From Sphaeroforma arctica JP610 (taxonomy: Eukaryota), in NCBI RefSeq assembly GCF_001186125.1, contig NW_014040224.1, positions 1-64,000 on the forward strand: a stretch of 64,000 nucleotides of DNA. Reading direction: 5' to 3'. The position numbers and the translations under genes are program-made. Positions 11,901 to 26,300 of this stretch are shown here, in pieces; position 1 is the first letter of the stretch, and each line of letters opens with the position of its first letter. The notes below the pieces were generated by a model that was not told the DNA's origin, did no database searches, and saw only the letters and a list, made by a program, of their open reading frames with translations.

Positions 11901-13075
11901 AGACGGTAGACTATAGAGAGGACTCCTTTCTTAGCGAAATCGGACAGGTAAATCAGCTTTGTCCGGTCGCGTGTTATGACGATTCGCTTGGCCCAAGAGT
12001 TCTGAGACGTTCTCCGGGCGACAGAGTTGGGTTAAAGCGCCGTAGTTGGCGATTAGGTAGCGCTCAATGATGATTACTTAGCGCCGAAGCCCAGTTCGGC
12101 CATCATTTTGATTTGAATGACCTGGTCGACATGCCGTAGTAGGAAATCGACTTTTGCATCGTCGGGTAGGAAGCGAGATTCCCGGGAGAATTTAGCTTTT
12201 TCCACGAGGAAATGAAGATAAGGATCGGGTTACAGCGTTCCCCATAGTAGGTGGGAAGCGACTGGGCCGCCGAGGTAGAGATATAGTGAGAGAAGCCAAC
12301 CATGGTAATTCTGACTATGTGTTCAAAATTAAGTAAAATAATCAATCGTAATTGATAATGTGTTCTAAGTTGTTGGGGTTGTCCTAGGTTGGCTAGTAGA
12401 GCTTTGTTGTAGTAAACTCAAGGTACACGTCGTTTACTATAGGGGAAGTAAGCCAGATGGTTCAGTCTCGCTAAAACCAGCGTACAAAAGGATCGACACC
12501 TAGCAGGTAAGTCCGATAGTCTTACCAGGAGTCTCAGACTCCTGGAGCCCTGTTGTCACTAAAAGACATATGGGCGTTCTGCTCCTAGTTGTCCTAAGTC
12601 CTAGAGGTAGGGCTGTCATGTGCTGACGCCATGGGACTGGTTGTCCTGTACTAGAGTACTGTCCGCTACTAAATACAAAAACTGAAAACGCAAAACCTAG
12701 AAGGCTATGAAACGCAAAACCTAGAAGGCTATGAAACGCAAAACCTAGAAGGCTATGAAACGCAAAACCTAGAAGGTTATGAAACGCAAAACCTAGAAGA
12801 CTATGAAACGCAAAACCTAGAGGGCTATGAAACGCAAAACCTAGAAGGCTATGAAACGCAAAACCTAGAAGGCTATGAAACGCAAAACCTAGAAGGCTAT
12901 GATGCAAAGCAGTAAGAGGCTATGATGCAAAGCAGTAAGAGGCTACATATGGCAAATCCAGCCTCCTGAGTATAATTATTTTAGGAGGCTATGACGAAAC
13001 GCTAAATACAAAAAAGTTCTATTGTTTTTAGGAGAGGCTAAGGCAAAATACAAAACTCAAAACGCAAAACCCGGT
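8960..13075 (-). mobile_element. Decayed LTR retrotransposon C (5' part: gag, zinc knuckle, protease, start of RT)
   Basis: Minus-strand gag-like ORFs 11881-10200; canonical CCHC knuckle CHTCKQTGHYSRRC (10184-10143); protease VDTGS (9834-9823); RT N-terminal LRLKDGAQPV..SQWVSSVRIVQK (~9340-9170). Both boundaries are approximate. Confidence 0.8.
12686..12946 (+). repeat. 24-bp minisatellite (9 copies) plus two 23-bp variant units
   Basis: AAACGCAAAACCTAGAAGGCTATG x9 (12686-12901), then ATGCAAAGCAGTAAGAGGCTA x2. Confidence 0.95.
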
Positions 13076-13261
13076 GTTAATTTGGATTACACGTACATAT
13101 TTATATCAAAAAAGAATAATAAATCTCAAATATTTTGTTTGAGGACACATATCGGACGGAGGAATACAATCAATGCTAGCAATATCGGTCAGAGGCAGGA
13201 ATGCAAATTAGTAAGTGGAAGCGGGTTGGATGACGGGTGCGTAGTTGCATAATCTGACGCA

Positions 13262-13617
13262 ATGGAAGCAACAACCAGCGAGACAGATAGCATAGCTTCG
13301 AGTGATCTAAATTATGTCGTGTGGTTTGGCCAATTGCTGGTTGGGGTTGCTTTTGAATTTGGGGAATGGATCGAATTGTTTCTCGGGCTCACTTTTTTCA
13401 GTTCAGGCGTCGTGGCTGGAGTGTGTGCATTCTTATTACCACAACTAGTCACAGTGTGGGTGTTGCATGTACTACCATCAATCAGGAGACTACAACCATG
13501 GGATCGCCGCAAACCGATCAAAGTAGCTCGAAATCCTTGGGCTGATTGGGAGAAAGAATACGCGTATGTAATTTTTGGCATGCTGTTCGCTAAAACCCCA
13601 TCATTGTTTATTCAACG
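13262..13617 (+). CDS. Probable first exon of a membrane protein of unknown function
   Basis: ATG-initiated ORF with hydrophobic segments, followed by a GT donor and a nearby TTTCAG acceptor. Its link to downstream exons is unresolved. Confidence 0.45.
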
Positions 13618-13864
13618 GTGAATTTTGGATAAATGTAAATTTTTATTTTTCAGGTGCTGCGCTGCTGGCTATAGTGTCTTTCGCTTAAATATTTGACGCG
13701 GTTTGAACAGTTGTATCATCGATTGACGTTATATAGCGTATAAACACTACTATTGGGGATAATATATACAGTTTCAAGTAGCATCTCACGACTGAAGTGC
13801 TAATAGAGCTGAATCAAATTCGTGATAAGTATATATATATATATATATGTATATTTATATATAT

Positions 13865-14106
13865 NNNNNNNNNNNNNNNNNNNNNNNNNNNNNNNNNNNN
13901 NNNNNNNNNNNNNNNNNNNNNNNNNNNNNNNNNNNNNNNNNNNNNNNNNNNNNNNNNNNNNNNNNNNNNNNNNNNNNNNNNNNNNNNNNNNNNNNNNNNN
14001 NNNNNNNNNNNNNNNNNNNNNNNNNNNNNNNNNNNNNNNNNNNNNNNNNNNNNNNNNNNNNNNNNNNNNNNNNNNNNNNNNNNNNNNNNNNNNNNNNNNN
14101 NNNNNN
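13865..14106. other. Assembly gap flanked by (TA)n
   Basis: Run of N. Confidence 1.
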
Positions 14107-14110
14107 CACA

Positions 14111-14171
<61 letters not shown>

Positions 14172-17100
14172 TAGCAGTTGTTGTTCATCGACTTGGTCAA
14201 CTCTAGACAAAGGATTGAAAGTGTTGTCGAATGAATATATTGCACGATAAAAACCACATTTCAGGCTGAGCATCAAGGCAAGGTACATTCTGTATCTATA
14301 TTGTACTATTTGACAGCCCTGACACTTATGCTTCAATAGACAGACCACATGACAATCTGTTTCTGTTACAAGCCGTATTCAACTCTTATACTTTGATGCA
14401 TCCGACAACGATGGGAGTGAGACTATACCGCCAATGTAGTGTTTTCTTCTTAATCACTTTTAATCAGAGAATAGTAGAGTTTGTACGATTCATCTGGTGA
14501 TGTACAACACAAGGCGATTCACATGAAAAGACTCACGGCAGTACCTACAGTTCAATACTTCTACATGAACCATTTTGTACAGGAATCTCCCCCTAGTAGA
14601 AGTAAGTTGTGTTGCCTCATATGCTAGTTTAGTCCTTAGGAATTGTCTTTAATATATCTCCATATACACACACTGTTTTTTTCCAGATACGATTCCGGCT
14701 CGGAGGAATCTGCAGTGTGGGTAAATGCAATTTTTTCGAACATATGGGTTTTGCAGAATGAAAGTATATTTAGGTATGTATCTAAGGGCTAATGCTTCAA
14801 TAGGCGTCTATTGGGTGCGAACACTGTAACAGCGGCGTATACGTATAGCTCAATTTACGGGTTGTTCCTCGGTACATAGATCAGGTCATAGGCGGTTTTT
14901 AATTGTGCAAAGGCAATAGGGACTTCTGCGATGTGTGCACTCGTAGATTGCAATAATGTGCTTAAGGGCCGAAAGGCGAGGCCACCTCTCAGGCCTACAT
15001 GCTTTTCACTGCAAATTATGTAACTGTACAAACTGCTTTTCTGCACGACAAATAGCCCCGCTCAGTGGGATATATTCTGATATTCGTTTACTAAGACACA
15101 ATTGCTCATAGACAGTTCCTATTGATATCTCACATGTTTCATTTTGCATCCGTGCAAACGTGAACGTTTGATCAAATTCACATGTTTGGATTATTATGTT
15201 TGCTCTCTCGACTACTTTATGCAAGATTATTTCACGTAATCATTCTAAACTTCAACTGTTGCCACGCACTCTATCTCATAGATACATAGCCAATGATCTT
15301 TTGTGTTTGCAGTAGCAATTTGATCGACCTCCTCTACATCTCTCATCCCGCAAATGACTGTGATGAGGATTGTTATTTGACACCGCTACGCATTTTAATG
15401 ATGCGCGTGCATACTTTGCAAAATCATCTTCGCTACAGGCAAGGACTACAGAAGTTCATCGAGGGCGAGCTTGATGATCTCTACAAGGAGTCTTTTGGAT
15501 GTTTTCTGGAAGATCTCACTGTGCCACAGACCACAATCGGAGCCTGTTTTCCAACAATCACCAATTTTGTCACGCTGAATCATCCGTCCGCTAAGTAAGT
15601 GGTGAAAAACTCTCTCGAAAGATTTAGTACAATAGACCCGAACACAAATCTGACAGAATGTGACATATCTCGCTAAGTAGATTTACAGCTTGAAACACCC
15701 GCCTGCTGGAGGTGCCTAGCATTTGACAGATACATATTCAGCTGCAAAATGCTTACCGGGATGAACGGGAAGATTTCATGGTATTTACCGAGTGTCGCGC
15801 CTTGCTGAGTATATGCTTTACTATTTATAGTACACGTAATCGATCAGTTTTCTAATATTGAAATTTTGTTATTTTTCTTCAGTGGCCCATTCCGCGTCTG
15901 TGCCGATTTTTCAATAAGTGGGTCTTTGTCTCTGACTACCAGACTCGTCGTGCGAACACTGAGGATACCAATCAAAGCTTTGATTCATATATCGGAAATC
16001 ACAGGTTCGTTCCTGTTATATACTCAACTAAAACCAACATTCGCCACACATGCGTATACATTTGATAATTTCTGATTTGTGTATGCATCTAGCAACGTAA
16101 CTGAATCGATGACCTTCGTTATTTCAGGTAAACTGCTCTTCGAGTTTAATACATTCCCTGAACCTACCATGTCGATATCATTCTATCCGAATGTCATCAT
16201 CAAGTGCCCGTCTCAAGGTGGGTGAGAGTAATATTCACAATAACTGATGTTGCTTCTATCTGCCGACGGCACGGGCGGTGTTGATTTCAAATTTACCACT
16301 TTAGAAACAGCTTATTGGATACATCCGATCGCCTTGCATACCTTAAGTCATGTCAATGAGTTGATCTACTTTGCTGTCGTTTCTGTATTCTATATGATAT
16401 GACCCCTTTGATCAGAGTAGTGATGCTGTAGACTTTTAGGCTTGGTTTCAATGTATGCCTGTGTCTCGGACTCCGGGCCCAACAAATTCCTAGTAAAAAG
16501 TTGTGAAGATGAATTTGCAAACGACTCTACCGACATTGCAGCTGTTTAAAGCACCAACATTATAAGGTAAATTGAAGGAGCCGTACCTTAAAAAAAATAT
16601 CATGCTTCACGACTCTTGTCTACTAGTACGTAGAAATGTACCCTCACAGACTTGTCTATAGACGTCGGTACGCTACCCATACACCCTACGGTCACCATTT
16701 ACATTACGGTCTACCTACCTTTTCAACTTTGCCAAAGTAGTATCAGAACACCCAGTTTTATCTCACCCCATTTAGTGAGAGAGTTTGCGCATCAGTTTGA
16801 TGGTTCTCTCTCCCCTCTCATTCAGTCATATAAAGATACAAAACTAAGCTTAACTTAACTACGCCACCATTCAGTGCGTATCTGCGGGCGACAATGGGAG
16901 CGACTCGACGGCTGGGTCACCCAAATTGTTCGCAGGGTGATTGTTAGCAAATTTGTTTTACCGAAGCTTAAAGGGTTCTATCTTTTTAACGAGGCGCCAT
17001 GGCTAAAGGTACTGCATGACAAGCTATATTCCGCACGCATATGAGACTTAATTGCACGGACATATGTGTGTTTCATGCATATGAAGTTGTTTAGTAAATG

Positions 17101-18548
17101 ATATCATAGAATGACGTATTTTTTCACTAGCAAGTGTGTATGAAAGAACACATATTTACATGTTGCTTGTAGAAGAAAGGGGTTGATATGAGTAAATAAG
17201 GGAGAGTTCATCTTCTGCACAAGTATGGATTTTAATGTGTTGCATCTAAGTCATTAGAACTTATAAATGACTAGAGTGAGGTGTAGTAATTCAAGAATGT
17301 ACAGCGAAGCATGTCGTGGAGAGGAAAATATTTTAAGATTTTTCGAACCATATATGAAATGCACGTATGTATACAAATCAGTGGTCGTTGTTACATCAGA
17401 CTGCACAATGTGATATCTATTCAGATAGAGGCAGATACTGCAAGCTGTAATGGCGGGCTTTTAAATGAAATCGAAAGTGGTTAGGTTCATGTTGCCTCAA
17501 AATATTGTATCCAGTCTCTCCATTCTCGGAATATATTGCGAGGTATATATTTTGTTTTTCTGGCCGTGTTTGACTTGCAGTACATCCCTCTCCTATGAAC
17601 GTTCTAGACAGGCTATGTTCAATTCGTACGTTGTGATGCTACTAGCAAATTGGTACCACTCTGGGCTTACTGCTGGCTGGAAGTAAGGGAAAATGCGATG
17701 TCGGTGTATGAAGATCATACGCAGGATATTCCGGAAGCTACTTTCAGTCAGCATGATATCGTATCTGTAGACTACAGCAACGCGGATCTAGGTATTGAAA
17801 GCCTTGTTTTGTTTGTGTCGTTTTAGTTTAGCATGTTGTTTTATTTGCTTTGTACTTCTATACTGATTTACTCAGAAACCACTTCATTAGTCATGATGAT
17901 ACTGAGCAAACTATCATTGGGGCTCAAGATAATCGCCAGACTTGACGTGTGAAGCTATGGTGTGAGTTTTATCAGGGGCTCCTTTGGTCTCGTACTCACG
18001 GCTGATCAATGGCATCACGCGACGTGAAATGTACCCCATATGCAGATAACCATAGGGTAATTTTATGAAATTTCGTGCTAGATTGAAGATCGCATGTTCT
18101 CACCCACTATTGAGCTATATTTGTGTGCCTAGTTCGGACACTGTGCTCACCTCGATTTGATTCTTGTTTTTTTTGAATATTCAGATCGTTCGGAGAAAGA
18201 CGGCAACAGAGCTCCCTCGCCATGTTTGGAGCTTGATGTCCTCAATGAGAAACTATATGTACATCTTGCTGGATTCGGCCGATATGAAATTCGATGTACA
18301 TCTGCGGATTATGACAAAGGTGACCTTTAGTAACGATTGCTTGCTGTGAAATATATTTTAATTCAAAAAGGAAATATATTTGGATGAAAATACAGCCCTC
18401 TTTTTCTACAATATTGTATTTAACAGGTCCTCCCGTGATTCTTGATTTGTGCATGTAATGTTTTATATATAAACTGCAAATTTTCTTGCTGGATTTGGCC
18501 GATGTGAACTTTGATGTACACCTGTGGATTATGACTAAGGTGACGTTT

Positions 18549-18937
<389 letters not shown>

Positions 18938-19015
18938 TATCTGAATAAAGGATATATTTTTCTGTATGTAGGTGTTCGTACTTTTTAATTGATGGTATAT
19001 CGTGACTGCTTCTAG

Positions 19016-21347
19016 ATGAGGATGAAATCGCTCAAGGAGAACGGAAGCGTGATGATGATGGTGATGATACAAGTGGTGTTGAGAAGTCCAACAGACGAGT
19101 ACAATCAACGTTTTCACAGGATAATGCGCCCCCATGGATACCTCGTGACCGTAAAGGCGTTTACGATTGTCGTAGTCTTTCTCGCCCGCGCACCGAGCTG
19201 CAGAAATGGCGGAAAGCTATAGTGGCTTTGAAAAAGGTACGTTTCGCCAATAATTTCGAAAACCAAAATTTATCCGGCCAGTTTCCTGGAGAGTTAATGT
19301 TTGTACACGCCACGACCAACTACTGAAGTATTTAGCGCAATTATTGAGTTCTACAAATATATATTTTACTGTCACTCTTGTATGCGGCAAGAAATGACAG
19401 TCGGTTTCAGTGTATCCTGCAATTGATTTCGATGCAAACAATACCTTTTACAGCGTAAGACATCCGAGTCTTCGACTGCAATAGACGCCCTCTCTGTAGA
19501 TACTGACGCATCAGCCGAAACTGCACATAGAGTCAGGTGTGGAGGTGCATACAATTATGATTGTGATAATGTTGAAGAGTGTGTTCGTACCGTCGAATTT
19601 TGACACTTAGACTGTCATAACGCTGTCTTCATTGTTAGTCTGTTCCCTGTTAGTTCCGATGCAGCGCGGAAAGTTGCCAGCGCGAAGGTGTCGGCTTCAT
19701 CACTGGTTGATAGTAAGCTGAAGAGTATAATGCGCAGAAACGTTGAAGCAATCTCAGGTATGCCGACTATTCCTGAAGACTATTCGACTTCTCAATATAG
19801 TCTTGTTCATTCACGCTATATACGATGTACACATGAATTTTCGGTGTGTGCATCTTTTGGTGCGTATCGTATAGCAATATTTATCCTTGTGGCTACTAAG
19901 CGGTGGTGACAATTGGTGCTATTGCGCCTCGAACCTAGCATTAGGCCGGTTTGTGTCCCTCTGTGCCGTTATGTAGTCGGTTTTTCTTTCCAGCGTACGG
20001 ATAGAATGAGAGGTTTTTCACTGATAGTCCGTAGTTTCCCTCGTATTGCATCATTGATGAATTATAGTGTAAATTTCTGAGGAATATATACCAATAGAAG
20101 TTTCGAGCTACTCGTTCTTTTGCTCGCAACCGCGGGGCAATATAGATCATGTAACGAGATACCCCTCCGGGGCAATATGAACTGCGTAGCGGAATACTCC
20201 GGAACACTATTGGTAGTGTCAAAAACTTTAGTAAAAGTAATGTAGCGGAAACTGGAAAGAATTCTTCCATAAAGTTATGCACGCCATAAAATACATCTGT
20301 CATTGCCAGACTTCATCGGCTATGAGTGTATTCGCTTATCATCTTTTAAGGTAGGATTTGAACCCACATTGTTTGAGTTGTCAGCTCAAAGTTCTATCGT
20401 TAAACTATCTAAGAACTAGGAGATGTAAATTCTGATACACGCTGGCATTGTTACTATAGGACAAGAGGAACTCGTGACGCAAGATCGGATCAATCAGATT
20501 CAAAAGAGTATGAAAATTCAGCAGAAGCGATTAGATGACATTGAGAAGCTACAAGTAAGTGGGATTTTGACATGCGAGTCGTCGAAAACATCTAAAAGCT
20601 ATGCATAGGATGTATGCTAAACCTTTGCGACAAGAACTTGACTTTCGAAATAGACCAATATTGACTAAGAATTTTCGATGCTCAATATACTGAAGTGATA
20701 TGAAGTGCTTGAATTAAATTGATCCAATTAGATTCATGGGAAGGTGGACATCACACTGGAACTCGAAATCGAGATGCAGCGAGAACACGTCCGAGCACTC
20801 CACACCATACTTCAACGAGCCCGTACCATGGTTGTGAAGGTAACGATAACTAATTGATACTCTTGATCTTGTGGCATCGCGCTGAAGAATGTCTCGTGAA
20901 ATTTTGCATTTTGTTGCAGTCGATACTGCATTGTGAAAAGCACGTGAGTGTGCCAGTCTTGTAAGTATGATTACGATGTCTCACATCGAGCTCAAGCTGT
21001 TATCTGTAGTTGTCTTTGCTTCATAACCTTGACATATATAAGTGAGCTGTTTTGTAACCAAGCTACACGGGCACAATGTCGTCTCGTGGCTAGAGAAATA
21101 AACCTTGTAATTTGCCACGCACTCTTGATCATTTATGAGATTGTAAGTGATAACCACCTCCTAGCTTCATCTTTCACCACCAGTGAGCTTTTAAAACACG
21201 TTCTTATTCAACCTTTAGGGGGCACGATACATCAGCGAAGTGCAAGATGAGAGCAATATGTTGGGTGCAACCTTCCATGGTCGGACAATATCTATCGACG
21301 AAGGCGCTATACCTATGCCGAGCACGCCTCCCAGCAATAAAAGGTAG
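19016..21347 (+). CDS. 3' part of a multi-exon gene of unknown function (coiled-coil-like)
   Basis: Six GT-AG exons with consistent phases: 19016-19236, 19454-19536, 19654-19757, 20460-20554, 20732-20839 and 21219-21347. Translation includes DEIAQGERKRDDDG..QKSMKIQQKRLDDIEKLQ..PSTPPSNKR*. Confidence 0.75.
20343..20414 (-). tRNA. Degenerate AT-rich tRNA-like sequence, anticodon GAC (Val); probably a pseudogene
   Basis: D-arm TAGTTTAACGATAGAAC, anticodon arm TTGAG-CTGACAA-CTCAA, T-arm GTGGG-TTCAAAT-CCTAC. The acceptor stem pairs only 5/7. Confidence 0.6.
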
Positions 21348-23396
21348 CATACTGTGCGCAAAGTGACTTTCGAGTAAATATCAAAACGAGTTGCACTACC
21401 GTCAAAAGCAAACACTCCGAACACTTCAATTCCCGACTTCTTTTGGTACCTTGTATTGTAGTCCTGAATTTCCTTCATACGAGGAATTTTTCTCGTATTA
21501 TGCTCTGAAATTTCTCCATTTAGGAGTGTCTAATCATTTATCTCCCTATTCAAGGAATAGCGTGGGTCCCGAGGAGCTAGCCAAATTTATCGCGGGCGAG
21601 TCCCGTTATCAAGACTAGTAGTCCAAAATGAAGTTGGTCAAACTGCTAAGCATGTTGAGGTATATTACTCAGTGGGCCGAACCCTCCAAAAAGAGTTCGT
21701 GAGTTGAGGAGGGAACTAATTTTGTCTGTCAAACTAGTAAAACACACTGGGAGTATATTTAAGCCTTGGTTTCTAACTCAAATCAAATTTGTGTTCAAAT
21801 TATACTTGGGTCTCGATAGTCTGATTCAAATCAAATTTTAGTTCAAAATGTGATATGAAGATAAACAAATCATCAGGAGCCTTACTAAAACAATAGTACA
21901 GCTACTAGTATTGAAGCAGTTGATTTGTCCAGTGATCAATGGACGCAGCAACACATGTATGTTATTTTCACGTCTGAGCTGTCGAGGATATAACAGCCTG
22001 CCATTGGGGCATGAATTTACTACATTACTATCGATTGGAGAAATATATGTATGGTTTTCACACTGTCGTGTCAACGGACCATCTAACACCCAGTGCAGTA
22101 GTGCTAAAGTTGGTCTGAGGCCAATAATTCTCTCGATCGATGTCAGAGTGCCGTGATTTGAAGCATGTTTATAACAAGCTGTGCACCAAATTTAGACGTT
22201 TGGCACGAGAATCAAATCATATTCAAGTCCCTGAGAACAACGGATAATTTCCAGATGAGACATATACTGTCACTTCAACACCGAATTTTCGATTAAGTTT
22301 TATTCAAGAGTTCCGCATAGCAGGTATATTTTATAAGTATACTGCTTTTCGATCTGTGTCGCTATCCGCGTCCCATTTTGAACCTTTGTTTTGCAGCGGA
22401 AATATAGTTGAACAGAACGTGAATGTTAAACATTAATATGAGGGAAGCAAATAGCTATTTATACACCACTAGCTATGCACAAATTTTGTGATGCAGTGTT
22501 CCGCGAAACTTCAATCATGGCAGGTACATTGTCTATCGATATTTGAGGGTTCCGATTAAACTTGTACTTTTGAGGTAAGGCATTATAATGAATATGATTG
22601 CCATCAATACAAGGGAGTCAAATAGATAAATTTACATTGCTAGCAAACACTTTGAAAGATGTCGATCTAGATAACGCTGAGTGCTTAACATATCCTCCCC
22701 GAACGTCTCAGGAAAGCGACTGAAAAAGCCTTATCGTGCAGCCCCCGGTATGTCCACGCACACGAGCAGTCGCTAGTGCACCGAAATATAATATAACTCG
22801 CCAATAACTAGCTATCGTGGTACATATACAACATGGGCAACCCCAAGAGATATTTCCAGACTCCAAAATGGTCTATAATGAGAGATCACATCGAGTCGGA
22901 ACTTCTGCCTCTACTTATTTCAGAACAAGTGCCGACGAGGATGACGTTAAAAATAATTTCTTGTACCCTTCAGTTCTATAATATCGTACTGCAAACTCAG
23001 ACACCTAGCGTCCGTATAGTACTGAATAGCACGCCGTAGTAGGTTTAAACTAACATAATCAGTCTGCCATCGGGTCCTGTACATAGGTATATCGCGGAGG
23101 TTATGACACAAACCTGCGCTTGCGATTATGGGTTTTTAAAAACCCTAAAACCCTAAACCCTTCACGAGCCATTATACTATTTTTAGAAAAAAGAGAAAAA
23201 ACTCTAAATGTAATATCTTCTCTTTTAAATCGATTAGTCAGCGCATACAATGCGCATGATGAGTAATACCGTGAGGGACGGCAATCTGGTCCCTGATTTC
23301 ATGGGAGGAAGTAGGGAGGATTGTGCATGAGCGAAGTCTAACTAGGCGGAGAACTAGATATGACGCTCGTGTGAAGTCACGTCCTTCTTTACCGTC

Positions 23397-26300
23397 TTAC
23401 AGCCTGTTCCACCTTCTCTGACCGTGCTCATCTGTGAGTGTTGTGATGGTCTTCAATACGTCATGATTGAGGTACATATTCATTAATTCGTCAGCCAACT
23501 GCTCGTCCCAACTCAATGCATGGCCCAGCCTCAAACCCTCGCCACTCTCACCATGAGAATCTATATAGGGTGCTAACTCGGTGTCCAATGCGCCTTTACC
23601 ATGATGTTGCATTCCAGGTGATACAAAAACTATATTGCACTGCTCTGAAATAAGAAACACGCCCAAACCATTTCCACACGTAGCCGCATGTATGTTAGCT
23701 TCTCCATACATGCAGTCTTGCACAGACTCACCAAAATCGTAGTTCCGGAAGGCACACGTGTTTCTATCGTACGGCAGCGGTGGCCGACGCACCGAAGGCA
23801 TTCTCTGTTGGCAACATTGCCCCATCACGCATACTTTTGCACCACAAAGCATACACAGCGCAGTTTGTTCAGGAACAGAATTACACTGTTTGCACTTCTC
23901 CGTAGCACCCCTCAACACAAGCTTACTGTAGTCATGCGGTAGAAGTCCAGCCCCCAACTCAGGCCGTATCCGAAATGATTGACTGAGAAGATTTGTCACC
24001 GCCCATGGTTTAGTAAGCATGTTCTCGTAGTATTGTCGTTCACTGACTGTTAGCGCAGTGGCAATGGCCACGACTGGTAGTGCGTCATAAGCTGATTCGT
24101 TTGTAGATACTGCCTGTGGTGCCACTTCTCGAACGACCGGAGGCAATAATCGCTCGCACAAGTTGTTGAATTCGAAGGTGAAAGAGAGCCCATCCTCATC
24201 TAGCAATGACCAATATACGATTGAGTGAGAAGAAGAAACCAGAACAAATGACAGGCTCCTGGAATACGCTTCTCTGGTAAGTAAATGTTTGCATGATCTG
24301 GGTATTTTCGTGCCATTGAATTTCACTACACCAAGGATGCACTGTTGAAGTTGTTGCACGGTATTTCGAATTTAACAAGCTGTAATCGTTCTTGCAACGT
24401 GGCTTCGGCCTCTGCACAAACAAACCATGCTTCTAAATACATGACAGAAATACTTTATACGGGTCATATAAATAATCATTTTGCTGCCAAGAATACTTAC
24501 CAATGGGCTGAAGATCGGGAAGTGTGTCATCGTCCCACACTACAACTTGGAGACAGGCGCTCTGCCGCAAGAAGGGAATCATCCAGCGCATCAAAACGAT
24601 TTCTGCCCTTTCTACACGATGCAGCCACGCCGAGATCATGATATCAGAATAATCAAGGTTCATAGGATCCTCCTTTTGATACAGATCAGTTAAACCGTGA
24701 CACATACTTCGAACTAGAGAGGAAAACCAGCGAGGGACGTTCCGGTGATCTGGATCTGCTTGTAGGTTTAGTAGTTCCCATGGCTTGAAAGTATCAACTC
24801 TGATCTTGTGAATGTGTTGCAACAAGTGAGTGCGAAAAGCTTCCCACACCAAACCCTTAAACCTTGTCACATCCGGTTCCGAAATACTTTGCTGCCTGGC
24901 TCTGTCTGCATCTTTCAGATGGGCAATTGTATCTAAAGTAGGTAGCGTGGTCGGTGAACAGATAGGCTGGCATGATCGCACTACCAGCTTGCGAAAAACA
25001 TTGTATTCCTGCCAGAGTTCAGCTGACTTGTTCTTACACGCAGACCATGGTGTATGTCCCTCATTGCAACCCCATAACTGGGCATGCATATCGAAGTTAC
25101 GATTCAAAAAGGCGCCTCTAAATCCAGTGATACTGCACTCGTACAATGCCTTTAGAGATGATACATCACCAGTGCACATGGGCAACGCTAGAACATGGTC
25201 ACTCTCTGTTAAATGTGTGTCAGGTGTTGAGGAGATTGCCTTCGAACTTGAAGTTGAATTTGAGCATGAGGTCGACTTTGTGGCAGGGTTTGAGTTTGAC
25301 GTTGGGGTCGAGTTTAAGGCTGAGTTCGAGGTTGAGGTTGAGTTTGAGGTTGAAGTTCCATTGCCGTTTGCATCGAATGATGTGGACGCAGACAAATTTG
25401 AGCTGCGATAAGTGGGAGCCGTACTCCGGGCATCGCCTCTGTTGCGATTACTGATCCTCGATGCCGCAGTTGCTGTAGACTCGGATGAACATTTACCTTT
25501 CGCCTTGCTACTCCTGATCTTCACGTCATTTATGGGGGGTGCAAGAGCTGACATTCTGGTGACAGCAAAGTAGGGGCATTTAAAAAAACAAAGAAAAAAC
25601 AAGATTAACGGTGAAATATTGCAGAAAGATTTCGCGAAAGCATGCTCTTTCTATTCTAAGACATATCGGTGACGGAACGAGATGAAAATTGAACAAAGCT
25701 AAAAACGTCCAAATAATACATTGTCATGGTATTAATAGTAATTCATAAGAAAAGAAAACTGCTGTATGCCGCGGAGCTATACTTCACTAGATATAGAGTA
25801 TAACGATACCAAATCTGTTAAGTGAGACGACATACCGCATACTCCACTTTCGATACCCAGAAAGCGCCCTATAAAGCGTTTTCAATATGCGCAGATTGGT
25901 GCGCACAGCGATCAATTGCTGCTTATCAACATCCTTGTGTGGGCCGGCGGGGTTTGGTATTTGTTGAGCACCACAGCGACCAGCCAACTCTATGGATGCG
26001 ATTGTATACCACATAACTTCCTCGATCGGAAGCTACATACAAGATATATGGTAGACCATTAGCAAAGGCTGTGGCATCAGGCGGAGAAAAATTGCAACAT
26101 GCCTAGAAATTCGAGCCAAATAAGATTTGAGTTTAGATCCAACTTAAATATAGGTATGATTGTCAAGAAAAGAGTATATTTGAATCTCGTCGACATACCT
26201 GAGCATGTTTGGCTAACTTAAGACGAGAGTGTGATTCAAGCGAATTGAGTCCCTTGCGCACACAATCCCAAGAATTTGAGCGTTGATGACGAATCCTGAT

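Noticed and set aside
12686..12946. Possible CRISPR array (also 49772-49936)
   Set aside because: Units are contiguous with no unique spacers, there are no cas genes, and the context is eukaryotic.
13797..14348. ORFs rich in IY/YI/HT/CV (also ~18.5k, 38.4k, 46.1k, 52k, 58-60k)
   Set aside because: They are translations of microsatellites and N gaps.
21455..21895. Possible solo LTR (also ~16600-16870)
   Set aside because: LTR-like texture, but I could not identify convincing TG..CA ends or a target-site duplication.
23138..23161. Telomere-like AAACCCT repeats
   Set aside because: Only about three imperfect units, internal location.
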